From the human T2T-CHM13v2.0 reference genome, Homo sapiens, in assembly GCF_009914755.1 (NCBI RefSeq), contig NC_060935.1: a stretch of 64,000 bases of DNA; one strand, given 5' to 3'. Shown piece after piece: positions 52,615 to 64,000 of the stretch. Below the pieces are notes generated by a model, which worked only from the letters and a program-made list of their open reading frames with translations, was not told where the DNA came from and searched no databases. Within the stretch, counting starts at the first letter, position 1. Every line of letters begins with the position of its first letter. The translations under genes were made by a program, and so were the position numbers.

Positions 52615-53513
52615 GTATTTTGAGGCAATTATTTAATGTTGTGGCTGCCTGAAATGGTAGAAAGCAGTAGGACAAAGATAAATACACTAATGAAAAAGCT
52701 TAAAAGAAAAAACTGAGAAGTAAGATGCCCATGGAGACTTTGAAAAGTTTAGACATATTCCTGAAAATCTCAAAGTCTATTCACATGTACAGGGCTGTGT
52801 GTATGCTCAGAACTGTGTACATGCTCAAAGAAGTCCGGACAAGACTGACTCAGAGGCTCTGTGCAAGAAGGAAGTGATGGCTAAGCAAAGTTATCAAATG
52901 TCTGGATGACTGTTAAAGGAGTGTACCAACACACACAAAGAGCCTCTCAGCAAAAACTGGGAAAATGACTGGTCCCAGGAGTTTAAGGAAATCTGTACAA
53001 TCACTAGCTGACCACAAAGCCATTTGAACAGACTTCTGTGGCCATGCACAGAGAATACAAACTTTACAGATTACAGAAAAGTCACCTAACAAATAAAAAA
53101 CAACAAACAGCAACAATAAGGATCCTGGAGCCAAATATGATTTTCAAAGTTGCCACCCCACTATATTATATAAAATGTCCAGTCTTCAACAACAACAACA
53201 AAATTACAAGACACGCCAAGAAATAAAATAGTATGGCCTATACATAGAGGGAAAAACAATCAATAGAAACTGACCTTAAGGAAACCCAGATGTTGGCTGT
53301 ATTAGACAAATATTTTAAATCAATTATCTTAAATACGTTCAAAGAACTAAAGGAAACTGTGCAAAGAAAGTATGAGAATGATGCTTCACCAAATAGAGAA
53401 TATTTTTAAAAAGCTATAAGAACCAAACGGAAATTCAGGATTGAAAAGTACAATTACTGAAATGAAAAATTCACTAGAAGGGCTCAACAGCAAATCTGAG
53501 AAAATGGAAGAAA

Positions 53514-53591
53514 AATTCTTCAAATATGAAGATAGGTCAATTGAGATTATCTAATTCTTCAAATATGAAGATAGGTCAATTGAGATTATCT
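53514..53591. repeat. Perfect 39-bp tandem duplication
   Basis: aattcttcaaatatgaagataggtcaattgagattatct twice. Confidence 0.95.
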
Positions 53592-56008
53592 AATCCAAAA
53601 ACAGAAAGAAAACAAAATGAAGATAAAGGACCAATGCCTAGAGAACTGTAGGACACCATCAAGCACACTTGCATACATACAGTGAGAGGGGAGGAGAGAA
53701 AGGAACAGAAGGACTATTTAAAGAAATCATGGCCAAAACCTTTACAACTTTGATGAAAAGCATTAAAATCTGTATATCCAAAACAAACTCCAAGTAGGAT
53801 AAACTCAAAAAGATCCACACCTACATACCATAATCAAACTATCCAAAGACAAAGCAGCAAGAAAAAAGTGACACATCACATACAAGGGATCCTCCATAAG
53901 ATTAACAGCTGGTTTCTGATCAGAAATCATGGAGGCCAGAAGGCAGTAGAATTACGTATTCAAAGTGCTGAAAGAAAAATGACTGTCAATCAAGACTTGT
54001 GAAACAATGTCATTTTCCCCCTTTCTTCCCTCCATTATGGCATTCTTTTCTGTTAAATATTTTCCAGTACAAAAAAGGGAAAAAAGAAATTGTTAACAAG
54101 ACACATAAAAAACTAACAGCAAAATGGAAGAAGTAAATCCTATCTTATCAGTCATTACGTTAAATGTACATGGATAAATATTCCAATTAAACATTCCATT
54201 GACAGAATGGTTAAAAAAGAAAAAAACATGATCCAAGTATATGTTTCTACAAGAGACACACAACACACTATATCCACCAAATATGATGAAATTAAGACAT
54301 TCTCAGATAAACAGAGACTAAGAGAATTTGTAGTTAGAAAATCTGCCCCACAAGAAATAATAAAGGGAGTCCTTCAGACTGAAATAAAAGAACACTAGAT
54401 TAACTCAAATGCAGATGAAGAAATAAAAAGCACAGGTAAAGCTAACTACATAGGTAAGTATGAATGACAGTATAAATGTATTTTTGCTTATATTTTATTT
54501 TTCTTTTCTTCTTCTACCTAATTTAAAAGACTGTTGCACAGAGCAAATCATAAATTTGGTTAACGGGTACATGATGTATAAAGAATAATTTGTATGAAAT
54601 AACAGTACAAAGGAAGGGGAAGGGAAGACACTATATGGGAACAAAGTTTTTATATACTATTGAAATTAAGTGAGTATTAATTCAAACTAGAGTGTTATAA
54701 ATTAAATTTTCAATTGTTAATTATAATCCCCAGGGCAACCACTAACAAAATAACTCAAAAAATATACTAAAATACAAGATAAGGAAATTAAAATTATGCA
54801 CTGGAAAATATCTAACAAAAAAGAATGCCATAACGGAGGAAAAATGGGAAAAAATTACGTAAGACATAGAAAACAAATGGCAAAATGGCAGAAATAAATC
54901 CTATCTTATCAGTAACCACATTAAATGTACAAAGACTAAATATTCCAATTAAACATTACATTGACAGTTTAAAAAAAAAAAAACTGAACTAAACATGATC
55001 CAAATATATGCTTTCTACAAGAAACACACTTTAAATATAAAGACATGAATAGGTTGAAAGTGAAAGGATGGAAAAGATATTTCATGAAAACAATACCAAA
55101 AGGAGAGATGAAAATGGCTACACTAACATCTAACAAAATAAGACTTTAAGAAAAAAACTGTTACTAGAGACAAGGGATACTTTAGAATGATAGAGGTAAA
55201 TTTGTAGCAGACATCCAACAACAGACACCCAAAATACATGAAACAAAACTGACAGATTTCAGAGGACAAATAGACAATGCAACAATAATAGAGACATGTA
55301 TCCCACTTTCAGTATTGGATAAAATAATTAAATGGTCAACAAGGAATAGAGACCTGAACAGCACTGTAAATCAACCTGACCTAACAGACACCTACAGGGT
55401 ATTTTACCCAACAACAATAATATATACATTCTTCTCAAGTGCACATGGAACATTTTAGGATAGAACATGTGGTAGGTCATAAAACCAATCTTGATACATT
55501 TAAAAGGACTGAAATCACACAAACTACGCTCTCTAAAAACAATGGAACAAAATTAGAGATTAATAACAAGGAGATCTGAGAGATATACAAGTAAGTGGAA
55601 ATTAAACTCACTCCTAAATAATAGGTCAAAAAAGAATTCAGATGGGAAATAGGAAAATACTTTGAGACAAATGAAAACAAAAACACAATCACCAAAACTA
55701 ATGAGATGTAATGAAAGCCACACTTAGAGGAAATTTATAGCTGTAAATGCCTGTATTTTAAAAAGTAGAAAGATTTCACATCAATAACCTAAAATTTAAA
55801 AACTGGTAAAAGAACAAACTAAATTCAAAGCAAGCAGATAAAAATAGTAAAGGTATCAGAGCAGAAAGAAATGGAGAACAGAAAAAAATAAGAGTAAAAT
55901 CAACAAAACCAAAAGTTAGTCCTTTTAAAAGGTAACAAAATTGATTCTTCCTTTTAAAAGACAACAAAATTAACTATTTTTAACCCATTTAAAAGATAAC
56001 AAAATTGG

Positions 56009-56374
56009 AATACCATGTAGCCATAAAAAGGAAAGAGATCATGTCCTTTGCAGGGACATAGATGGAGCTGGAGGCCATTATCCTCAGCAAACCAACACAG
56101 AAACAGAAAATCAAATACCACATGTTCTCACTATTAAGTGGGAGCTGAATGATGACAACACATGGACACAGGGAGAGAAACATCACACACTGGGGCTTGT
56201 TGGGGAAGTGGGGGAAGGGAGAGCATCAAGATAAGTAGCTAATGCATGCAGGCTTAATACCTAGGTGATGGGTTGACAGGTGCAGGATACCACCATGGCA
56301 TACGTTTACCTACATAACAAACCTGCATGTCCTGCACATGTATCCCAGAACTTAAAAGTAAAATTAAATGTAAA
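56009..56374 (+). mobile_element. 5'-truncated older L1PA (about L1PA13) 3' end
   Basis: 3'UTR gctaatgcatgcaggcttaatacctaggtgatgggttg. Exact 18-bp TSD aaaagataacaaaattgg at 55991-56008 and 56375-56392. Confidence 0.9.
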
Positions 56375-57320
56375 AAAAGATAACAAAATTGGCAATAAAC
56401 TCCATTAAATAATACACGTAATTTTATTAAATAGTCACAACCACCTATGAAGGTACATTTGGCTATGCCCAATTCACATAAGGTTGTGAGTTATTACATC
56501 ACTTACCCTAGGACGCAGAACAAGGGGAAAAAAGTTAAAATTTAAGCCTTATGTTTTTTACAGAATGCTGTACCACCTGGACAAGTTTCTGGATTTACAA
56601 AAATCTAAACTCTGTATTTTAAAGAATACAATTATCTTAACTGAACTTGCTTTTGTCAAATATAGGCTTTTAATTATACTATTCTTTTGGCTTAACTTGG
56701 GCATTATTGCAAAACATTAGTCTTCATTAACTTACTAACCTCACATACTTATAAAGTGTGTACTGACAGAAAACCAAAGGGAATTTGTATAAACAGATGC
56801 AATTTATTTATAATTAAGGCAGAGGTCACATGTAAATATTTGAAATATTTGAAAAAATATATACAAATTATATTATTTAAATAATTTTCTGGAAGTTATG
56901 TTTATATTAATTAGTGAACCTTTGAAAAAACTTTTTCCCCTAATTAAACTTTTTACTACTCGCTCAATTATCAAATGCTACCAATTATCAAAGAGCTAAT
57001 TCATATCGTTTTTACACTATGTTAAGTCTATACCACCACTATCACCACTACTGTGCAATCCCAATGCTGCCTTAACTGCAAATTTAAGGCTGAAAAGTCT
57101 ATAGAGCTCTAAGAACACAAAAGGTAGCGTAGTGGAGAGGCTATCGACTAGGCTAGGGGCCACAGGAAAACCACGATATATCTGAATCCCTTAAAATGAA
57201 TCAATGTTTTTAAAAATCCAATTACTTAAGGATTTTCACTTGCATCACTTTTGGTAGAACAGTCTGAGTATTAAGATATATATATGCATAACATTAATAT
57301 GGCCCAATTCCAAGCAACAA

Positions 57321-57608
57321 TTTTTTTGGGGGTGGGAGGCAGGGTCTCACTCACCCAAGCTGCAGTAGAGTGGCGCGATCCCCTCACTGCAGCCTCAACC
57401 TTCTCCGACTCAAGTGATCTGCCCACCTCAGTCTCCCTAGTAGCTGGGACCACAGGCATGCCACCACACCTGGCTAATTTTTGTAATTTTTATAGAGACA
57501 AGGTTTTGCCATGTTGCCCAGGCTGGTCTCAAACTCCTGGGCACAAGCGATCTGCCTGTCTCGGCCTCCCAAAGTGCTGATTACAAGCACGAACCATTGT
57601 GCGCAGCC
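57321..57608 (-). mobile_element. AluJ
   Basis: Antisense dimer. Confidence 0.9.
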
Positions 57609-58350
57609 TTAATATATTTTTAAGCTGCTAAATGAAAAACCAAGTTATATGCTACTGAAGAATTGGGACATTGGGTGGCACTCTTGTAAAAGAAATAATT
57701 ACTGTAACATACAGGTTGAGAAAAACCTAAAGTTTAACATTATACTGCTTGGCCAATCCAAATTATTTAATAAAATCTACTTTAAAAGAAATTACTTGTT
57801 TCCCAAATCCACCATCCATGTCTTTGAGGAAATGTTTCAGATGTTATTGAAAAAAGTAGTTGTTTTTGGATGTGGATAAAAGTCAGGAAGCATTTGTCTT
57901 TCCTCTCCCTAATCTCTCTCATTTGAGTTTACAGTGAGAATACAAGCAGAAACATACAATGATGCAATTATATTCCATAACATATTTACTGTTTTATTCT
58001 ACTTACTTTTTTAAAATTTGGTTATAAAATATCTCACAATATTTTTGTTAAATATGGAAAAAGCAAACAAGTTTAGTATAGGCATTTGTGTCTTCTCCAA
58101 GCTATATTAGTGACATCAAATTAAACTAGAATATATTTTTAAAATATTATTTCTCATGTATAATATTTCACAATAAGTATGTGCCTGAGAGTAAAACTTT
58201 TTAAAATATCTTTGAGCTAAATTATTTCAACAGGAACCATATCAAACATCATACATCAAATCAATAACTGGTTAACTTGTAAAATATAAAAATCCATAAA
58301 AAAGAGCCCAAAATTTAATATATTATCCAATACCATAAAGTAATCATTTT

Positions 58351-58645
58351 GGCCAGGCACGGTGGCTCACACCTGTCATCTCATCACTTTGGGAGGCCAA
58401 GGTGGGCGGATCACTTGAGGTCAGGAGTTCGAGACCAGCCTGGCCAACATGGTGAAACCCCATCTCTACTAAAAATACAAAAATTAGCCGGCCATGGTGG
58501 TGGGTGCCTGTAATCCCAGCTACTCGGGAGGCTGAGCAGGAGAATCGCTTGAACCTGGATAGCAGAGGCTGCTGTGAGCCCAGACCACACCAGTGCACTC
58601 CAGCCTGGGCAACAGAGTAAGACGCCATCTCAAAAAGTAGAAAAT
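58351..58645 (+). mobile_element. AluS (Sx/Sz-like)
   Basis: Full dimer. Confidence 0.94.
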
Positions 58646-58807
58646 TTAAATTTAAAAAGTAATTTTTCATTTTTACATAGCACATACTTTGTGTTTCTTG
58701 TGCAAATATTTACTGTTTGTTATTGTTACGGTTTTCTATTGAGACATCCTGCCCTATTTTTGACAGCTATTAAACATGTGGCTAATAATTTTGTTTTCTG
58801 ATTACAG

Positions 58808-58915
58808 ATGAAATCTCAGTACAGACGCACTTTTTTGTTAAATACACTAACAAGGAAGTTAGTGTATTTCCAAAGAAAATGCAAAATGCTTGGAATATCT
58901 TCAACATTCTCAAAT
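58808..58915 (+). other. Candidate 108-nt exon on the + strand containing a hairpin
   Basis: Branch-like ctaat, then aattttgttttctgattacag|ATGAAA...CTCAAAT|gtaagt. Confidence 0.4.
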
Positions 58916-59149
58916 GTAAGTATGATGTGTGACCGGCAAACAAATTATATACAACTTTAAATTTTTAAAAAACCTAGGGAAGTCCTGGTTCCAGTAACAG
59001 TGGAGTAGCTTGTATTTCTCCAACAAATTCTAGTTCTTCAATGGATTCTAGCTCTCCGACATCTTACAAAAACTGTCAACTGTGGACAAAACATTACACA
59101 ACCACTTAAGAAAATCAGAGGCCAACTATAAAAGTAGTACACCTAATGG

Positions 59150-59690
59150 GATACTGTATAAAGGTTTGTCAGTCATCCCAACTGAAGACAACTTTGAAGG
59201 GCCATCCCAATTCAGAATTCCCTAGAGTCAGCTAAGGCCTTTCTTAAGACTGCCTCTCATGCCGGTAATCCTAGCACTTTGGGAGGCAGAAGCAGGCGAA
59301 TCACTTGAGCCCAGGAGTTCAAGACCAGCCTGGGCAACATTGAGAAGCCCCATCTCCATAAAAAATACAAAAATTAGCCAGGCCTGATGGTACACACCTG
59401 TAGTCCCAACTTCTAAGGAGGCTGAGGTGGGAGGATCACCTGAGCCCAGGAGGTTAAGGCTGCAGTGAAGTCATGATTGCACCACTGCATTCCAGCCTAG
59501 GTGACAAAGTGAGACGGACTCAAAAAAAAAAAAAAAAAAAAAAAAAAAGAGACTGCATCACACTCAACTTCTCCCTCTACTCACTTCTCTGTTCCCATTT
59601 CTTCCTTCCCACAGGTGTTGATACCAGTATTATCCTAATAAACATCCTTTGTATTAATCTTGGTCCCATAGAGTTTGAGAACCACACTCA
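59150..59690 (+). mobile_element. Old MLT1-class LTR interrupted by an Alu
   Basis: gaagggccatccc, then after the Alu ctcaacttctccctct...cccacaggtgttgat...ctaataaacatc. Same family as the element at 46310-46600. Confidence 0.55.
59256..59548 (+). mobile_element. AluJ, slightly 5'-truncated
   Basis: Dimer with a long A tail, flanked by agactgc. Confidence 0.92.
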
Positions 59691-59719
59691 CGGGTGACAT
59701 TAGTGTAGCTACAGATTAT

Positions 59720-60100
59720 CTACGTATCAGTTAGACAGATATTCTGGGTGATGAACTAGGAAACAGGCATAAAGCACTTTACACTTTATACAACAGAGGG
59801 CTGTCTCCAAGAAAAGCACCTGAGTGACTGAACTAGAAGATGAGTTCATCTAGCCCCACTTTTCATGGCATATTATTTCTATTTGAAAGAATGGTAGACA
59901 AATTAGGGTTACTCAAATGATGATATTTCCTTAAAAAATGAAGTGAGCCAGTCATTTCAAGGAAAACAACTGGCGTTATTGTTGAAAATGATAAAATTTG
60001 AACTTTCAAGTAAAAGTCAGATTCTGGAGAATTTGTATTTGATACTAGGAACTTGATAGCTTGATGAGATCAGTAATGATGTTAATGATATTAACTAGTG
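59720..60100 (+). mobile_element. Charlie1-like hAT transposase remnant
   Basis: gaagtgagccagtcatttcaaggaaaacaactg...aatgataaaatttgaactttcaagtaaaa. Confidence 0.65.
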
Positions 60101-60124
60101 ATCTTACAAGGCCATAAAAAAAAA

Positions 60125-60390
60125 GGTGTCAGCCAAGATTGACTCTCATCTGAAGGCTGGGGGGAAAAATTTCCTTCCAAGTTCATGCGGGTTGTTGGCT
60201 AAATTCACTTCCTTGCAGTTGTAGGATGAAGGTCCCTTGCTGGCTGTCAGACCAGGGCCACTCTCTGCTTAGACACTGGCATCACATGTCCCCTTCCTAT
60301 CTTGGAGACAGCAATGCATGACCAGTCCTTCTCATGCCTCCAATCTCTCTGACTTCTCTTTCCGCTACCAGCCTGAGAAAACTTCTCTTT
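60125..60390 (-). mobile_element. MLT1 (D/E-like) LTR fragment
   Basis: aaggtgtcagcc...ttccaagttcatgcgggttgttggctaaattcacttccttgcagttgtagga. Confidence 0.65.
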
Positions 60391-60439
60391 TACTTCCCTC
60401 TCTCTTCCACAAGGGTCAGGCCTGCATAGATCTCTTCCA

Positions 60440-61610
60440 GTTGCAGATGGAATTGTTCTCTAACTTGATTGGGGTATGGATTACTTAAACATATATATTT
60501 GTCAAAACTTTTCACACTGTACACTTAAGACATGAATTTCATCATATTCCAATAAAGTATTTATTTTTACTGGAGTATAATGCTATTTTTATTGGAGTAT
60601 AATATTATACTCCAATGAAAACAAGTAATGCTAAAAAAAATGTAACCATTACTTTAAAAAAAGAATCCTGATCTTTTAGAGATGTGCACTGAAATAGCAA
60701 CAGATGATATGATGTCAGGGATTGGCTTTGAAATAATCATGGGTGGTAGGAGTGGCTTTGGATAAAACAAAATTGGTCACATATTAAAGACTTCTGAAAC
60801 TAAGTGGGGGGTACATAGGAGTTTATTATATTCTACATTTACTTTTGTATATGTTTGAGAATTTCCATAATAAAAAGATTTTTGACCTAACCAACTCACA
60901 GCAGGCGATACAAAATGACAAAAATTCTAATACACAATTGGTGTGAATACAAAATAATAAAACCTCTTTAAGAAAGGGCTCTGTCTAACTCTACCAATGC
61001 TGAAATGGCACACACCTTTCAACCCAGCAACTCACTTTTCGGATGCCTTAGAGAAGTCATGCACACATGCACAACTGAACGTGTACAAGACTGATCAATG
61101 TGGCATGGTCTATAATATTAAAAAAAAAAAAACCTGCAACAATCTAAATGTTTTGGGGATAATGGAAAAAGTAACTGCAGTATATTCATACAATGAAAAT
61201 ATATGTAATAGTTAAAATGAACTGTATCCATGTATTACACGGAATAAATGAGAAAAAAAGCCTGCAGAGTGATATACTTTTTATATAAGGTTTTAATATA
61301 CTAAAGTTTTAATATTACATGATAATATACAATATACAGTCTAATACTATGCAATATACAGTTTTAATATTTATCATATAATGCTATATATTTTTTACGG
61401 ATAGACATAATAGAGGTCTCAACAAATTCAGGATAACTGTTACTTCTAGCTAAAAAGAAAGGAAAATAATATCAGGGGTTCAATTGTATAATATTTCATT
61501 TTAAAAAAACCTGAAGCAAGATGGTAAAGCAAAAGGAATTAATGGAGCAAGTATGTTGGTTCATGTTCCTTGCCGTACTTTCCTGTTTGTTTTTAAATAT
61601 CTCAAAATTT
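60440..61610 (+). mobile_element. L1MC/L1ME 3' fragments
   Basis: atatttgtcaaaacttttcacactgtacacttaaga, tcttttagagatgtgcactgaaata, tatattcatacaatgaaaat. Confidence 0.6.
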
Positions 61611-62419
61611 TTTTAAAACAAAAAAACAAAGGCTATTGCAATAATTCAAAGAAGAGATTACTGACAAACTATCTAACATTAAAGTTTTTAAATAAGATTT
61701 CCTTTTAAGAACTTCATGCTATTTCAGAACTGTAAACTATTACATTTCAAAATACCCACAGTTAAATATTGATCTGAAAGAAGTCCTCCTGACAACACCA
61801 ATAATGTATATACTATAAAAAATGACTAACTCTCAAAAATGTAGTCTAAGCATTGTGCCAAATATTTTGAAACTATAAAAATATATATGTAAAATAGTCT
61901 ACTATATATTTTTCCTTAAAATATATATCCTAAGGAAATATGAAAAATGTAAAATTTTATTAAGTTTAGGTGACGAGCACATGAGTGCTAAGACCTATTA
62001 TCTTGTACTTTTCTGTGTATGTTGAAAACACTGACAAAGTTAAAATATATCAATATAATCTATATATCTGCAAGAAGAATGGCAAAAATACATATACTGT
62101 TTTCTAGGTTATTTTTCCCAAAGATCTCCCTACTACTTACTCAAAAAGAAAATCATTTACTTATTTTTAATCTGCCACCTGAATGAATCTGGCAATTTTT
62201 AGAGAAACAAAACCACCCCTCCAGAGTAGGGTGGGGATACTCAGCACAGGAACTATTTATTTAAAGGGGCGTCTCTGTCAGGACAACTAGGTTTTTAGCA
62301 ACAAAAACCTAGCAACAGAAAAAACAAACAAACAAAAAAACACAGGTAGTTGTTCTTCTATTTCAATCCCTATTTCACCATTCCCTTAGTTTACCAGGCT
62401 TTTAAGTAGGACTTCACTG

Positions 62420-62722
62420 GTTTTGACCAGTGGCCCCCAAAAAATATATATCCACATCCTAATACCTGGACCCTGTAAAGACTGCACTATTTAGAAAACA
62501 ACTTTACAAATTTAAGTTAAGGATCTTGAGATGAACTCATCTTGCATTTCAGGTGGGCTCTAAATCCAACAATAATTATCCTTATAAGAGACAGAAGAGG
62601 CACAAATACAAAAGAGAAGGCCACGTGAAGGGAGTGTGGCCCTGCTGACATCTTGATTTCGGACTTTAGCCCTTCGGAACTTAAATAAACTTCTGTAAGC
62701 TACCAAGTTTGTGGTCACCTGT
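62420..62722 (+). mobile_element. MLT1B/C-like LTR, internally deleted
   Basis: ggcccccaaaa...tccacatcctaatacctgga...agttaaggatcttgagatg...aataaacttctg. Confidence 0.75.
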
Positions 62723-63079
62723 TATCTTACCTTCTGAAACATTTCCCTACCAATTCAACTAGCTACCTAACACAGCACCTGCCACGAGCTCTACCTGGTC
62801 TAGAATTTCACCCCACGTTGACTTTACCTGCTCTAGAATTTCATCTCACATTTACTGTGCTCCTCCCTACACTCTTGCCTGAGCTCCTACCCTTAGGTAC
62901 TATATGTATAAATATGTGTAACCTAGTCTAAAATTGTCATCATCTGTAGCAAAAGTAAGTTTGCACCATTTTTGGTATTATCTGCTCAAATACAAGAACT
63001 GGTAAAATGACAGGGCAGCATGGACACAATTATAGGTCCATAAAAACACAGCATTACTGAGCTTGGTCTTCATATAAGA

Positions 63080-63396
63080 GAAAACAGGTGGCGCTTGGTT
63101 ACATGAATAAATTCTTCAGTGGTGATTTCTGAGACTCTGGTACACCCACCACCCAAGCAATGTGCACTGTACCCAATGTGTAGACTTTTATCTCTCCCCC
63201 TTCCCCACTACTCCCCGAGTCCTGAAAGTCCCTCAAAGTCCATTATATCATTCTTATGCCTTTACATCCTCATAGCTTAGTTCCCACTCATAAGTGAGAA
63301 TATAGGCTATTTAGTTTTCCATTCCTGAGTTACTCCACAGAGAATAATAGTCTCCAATTCCATCCAGGTTGCTGCAAATGCCATTATGTCATTCAT

Positions 63397-63454
<58 letters not shown>

Positions 63455-64000
63455 ACATTTTCTTTATCCACTCATTGGCTGATGGGCATTTGGGCCAGTT
63501 CCATATTTTTGCAATGCGAATTGTGCTGCTATAAACATGCATGTGCAAGTATCTTTTTCGAATAATGACTTCTTTTCCTCCGGGTAGATACCTAGTAGTG
63601 GGATTGCTGGATCAAACAGTAGATCTACTTTGAGTTCTTTAAGGAATCTCCACACTGTTTTCCATAGTGGTTGCGCTAGTTTCCATTCCCAATAACAGTG
63701 TAAAACTGTTCCCTTTTCACTGCATCCACGTCAACATCTATTATTTTTTTATTTTTGATTATGGCCATTCTTGCAGGAGTGAGGTAGTATTGCACAGTGG
63801 TTTTGATTTGCATTTCTCTGATAATCAGTGATGTTGAGCATTTTTCCATAGGCTTGTTAGACATTTGTATACCTTCTTTTGAGAACTGTCTATCCATGTC
63901 CTTAGCCCACTTTTTTGTGGGATTGTTTGGTTTGTTCTTGCTGATTTGTTTGGCTTCTTTGTAGATTCTGAATATTAGTCCTTTGTCTGATGTACAGATT
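63080..64000 (-). mobile_element. L1PB 3' end, running past the window edge, with an internal (CA)n at about 63399-63457
   Basis: ggttacatgaataaattcttcagtggtgatttctgaga 3'UTR, plus ORF2 C-terminal peptides (track ORFs 63464..63655 and 63676..63897). Confidence 0.92.

Larger units (their letters stand above)
51880..55990 (+). mobile_element. Ancient L1M 5' half (5'UTR, ORF1, inter-ORF, ORF2 EN), 3'-truncated
   Basis: ORF1-like motifs (tacaagggatcctccataagattaacagctg, tcagaaatcatggaggccagaaggcagt) and EN-like motifs (ttgaaagtgaaaggatggaaaagatatttcatg, acattcttctcaagtgcacatggaacatt). Confidence 0.85.

Overview
Primate (most likely human or great-ape) genomic DNA: AT-rich, repeat-dense, with no CpG island outside L1 and no recognisable host protein-coding exon. 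It looks like the inside of a very large intron. The + strand appears A>T and C>G in unique sequence (by eye), and most large L1s lie on +, so the host gene is probably transcribed on the minus strand (inference; gene not identified). Main contents: a full-length but dead L1PA3 (1419-7444, 17-bp TSD, open antisense ORF0, disrupted ORF1 and ORF2), a full-length THE1 MaLR provirus (25864-28161, 5-bp TSD), 5'-truncated L1PA/L1PB/L1MA copies, old L1M, MIR, L2, MLT1 and MER/Tigger/Charlie fragments, about 17 Alus or Alu fragments, a 3'-truncated U6 pseudogene and microsatellites. Subfamily calls are from remembered consensus sequences, not a RepeatMasker run. Nearly all short ORFs in the track come from repeats or are random. 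I cannot support a claim of a new biological system. The best leads are: (i) a minus-strand 24-nt microexon followed by a CpG-retaining, near-open candidate terminal exon with AATAAA (about 8400-9126); (ii) a + strand 108-nt exon candidate containing a pre-miRNA-like hairpin (58808-58915); (iii) several non-canonical insertion or repair scars, namely a 5'-inverted Alu, an L1 flanked by an inverted target-site copy, a tailless U6 with microhomology, locally templated insertions and a perfect 26-bp palindrome.
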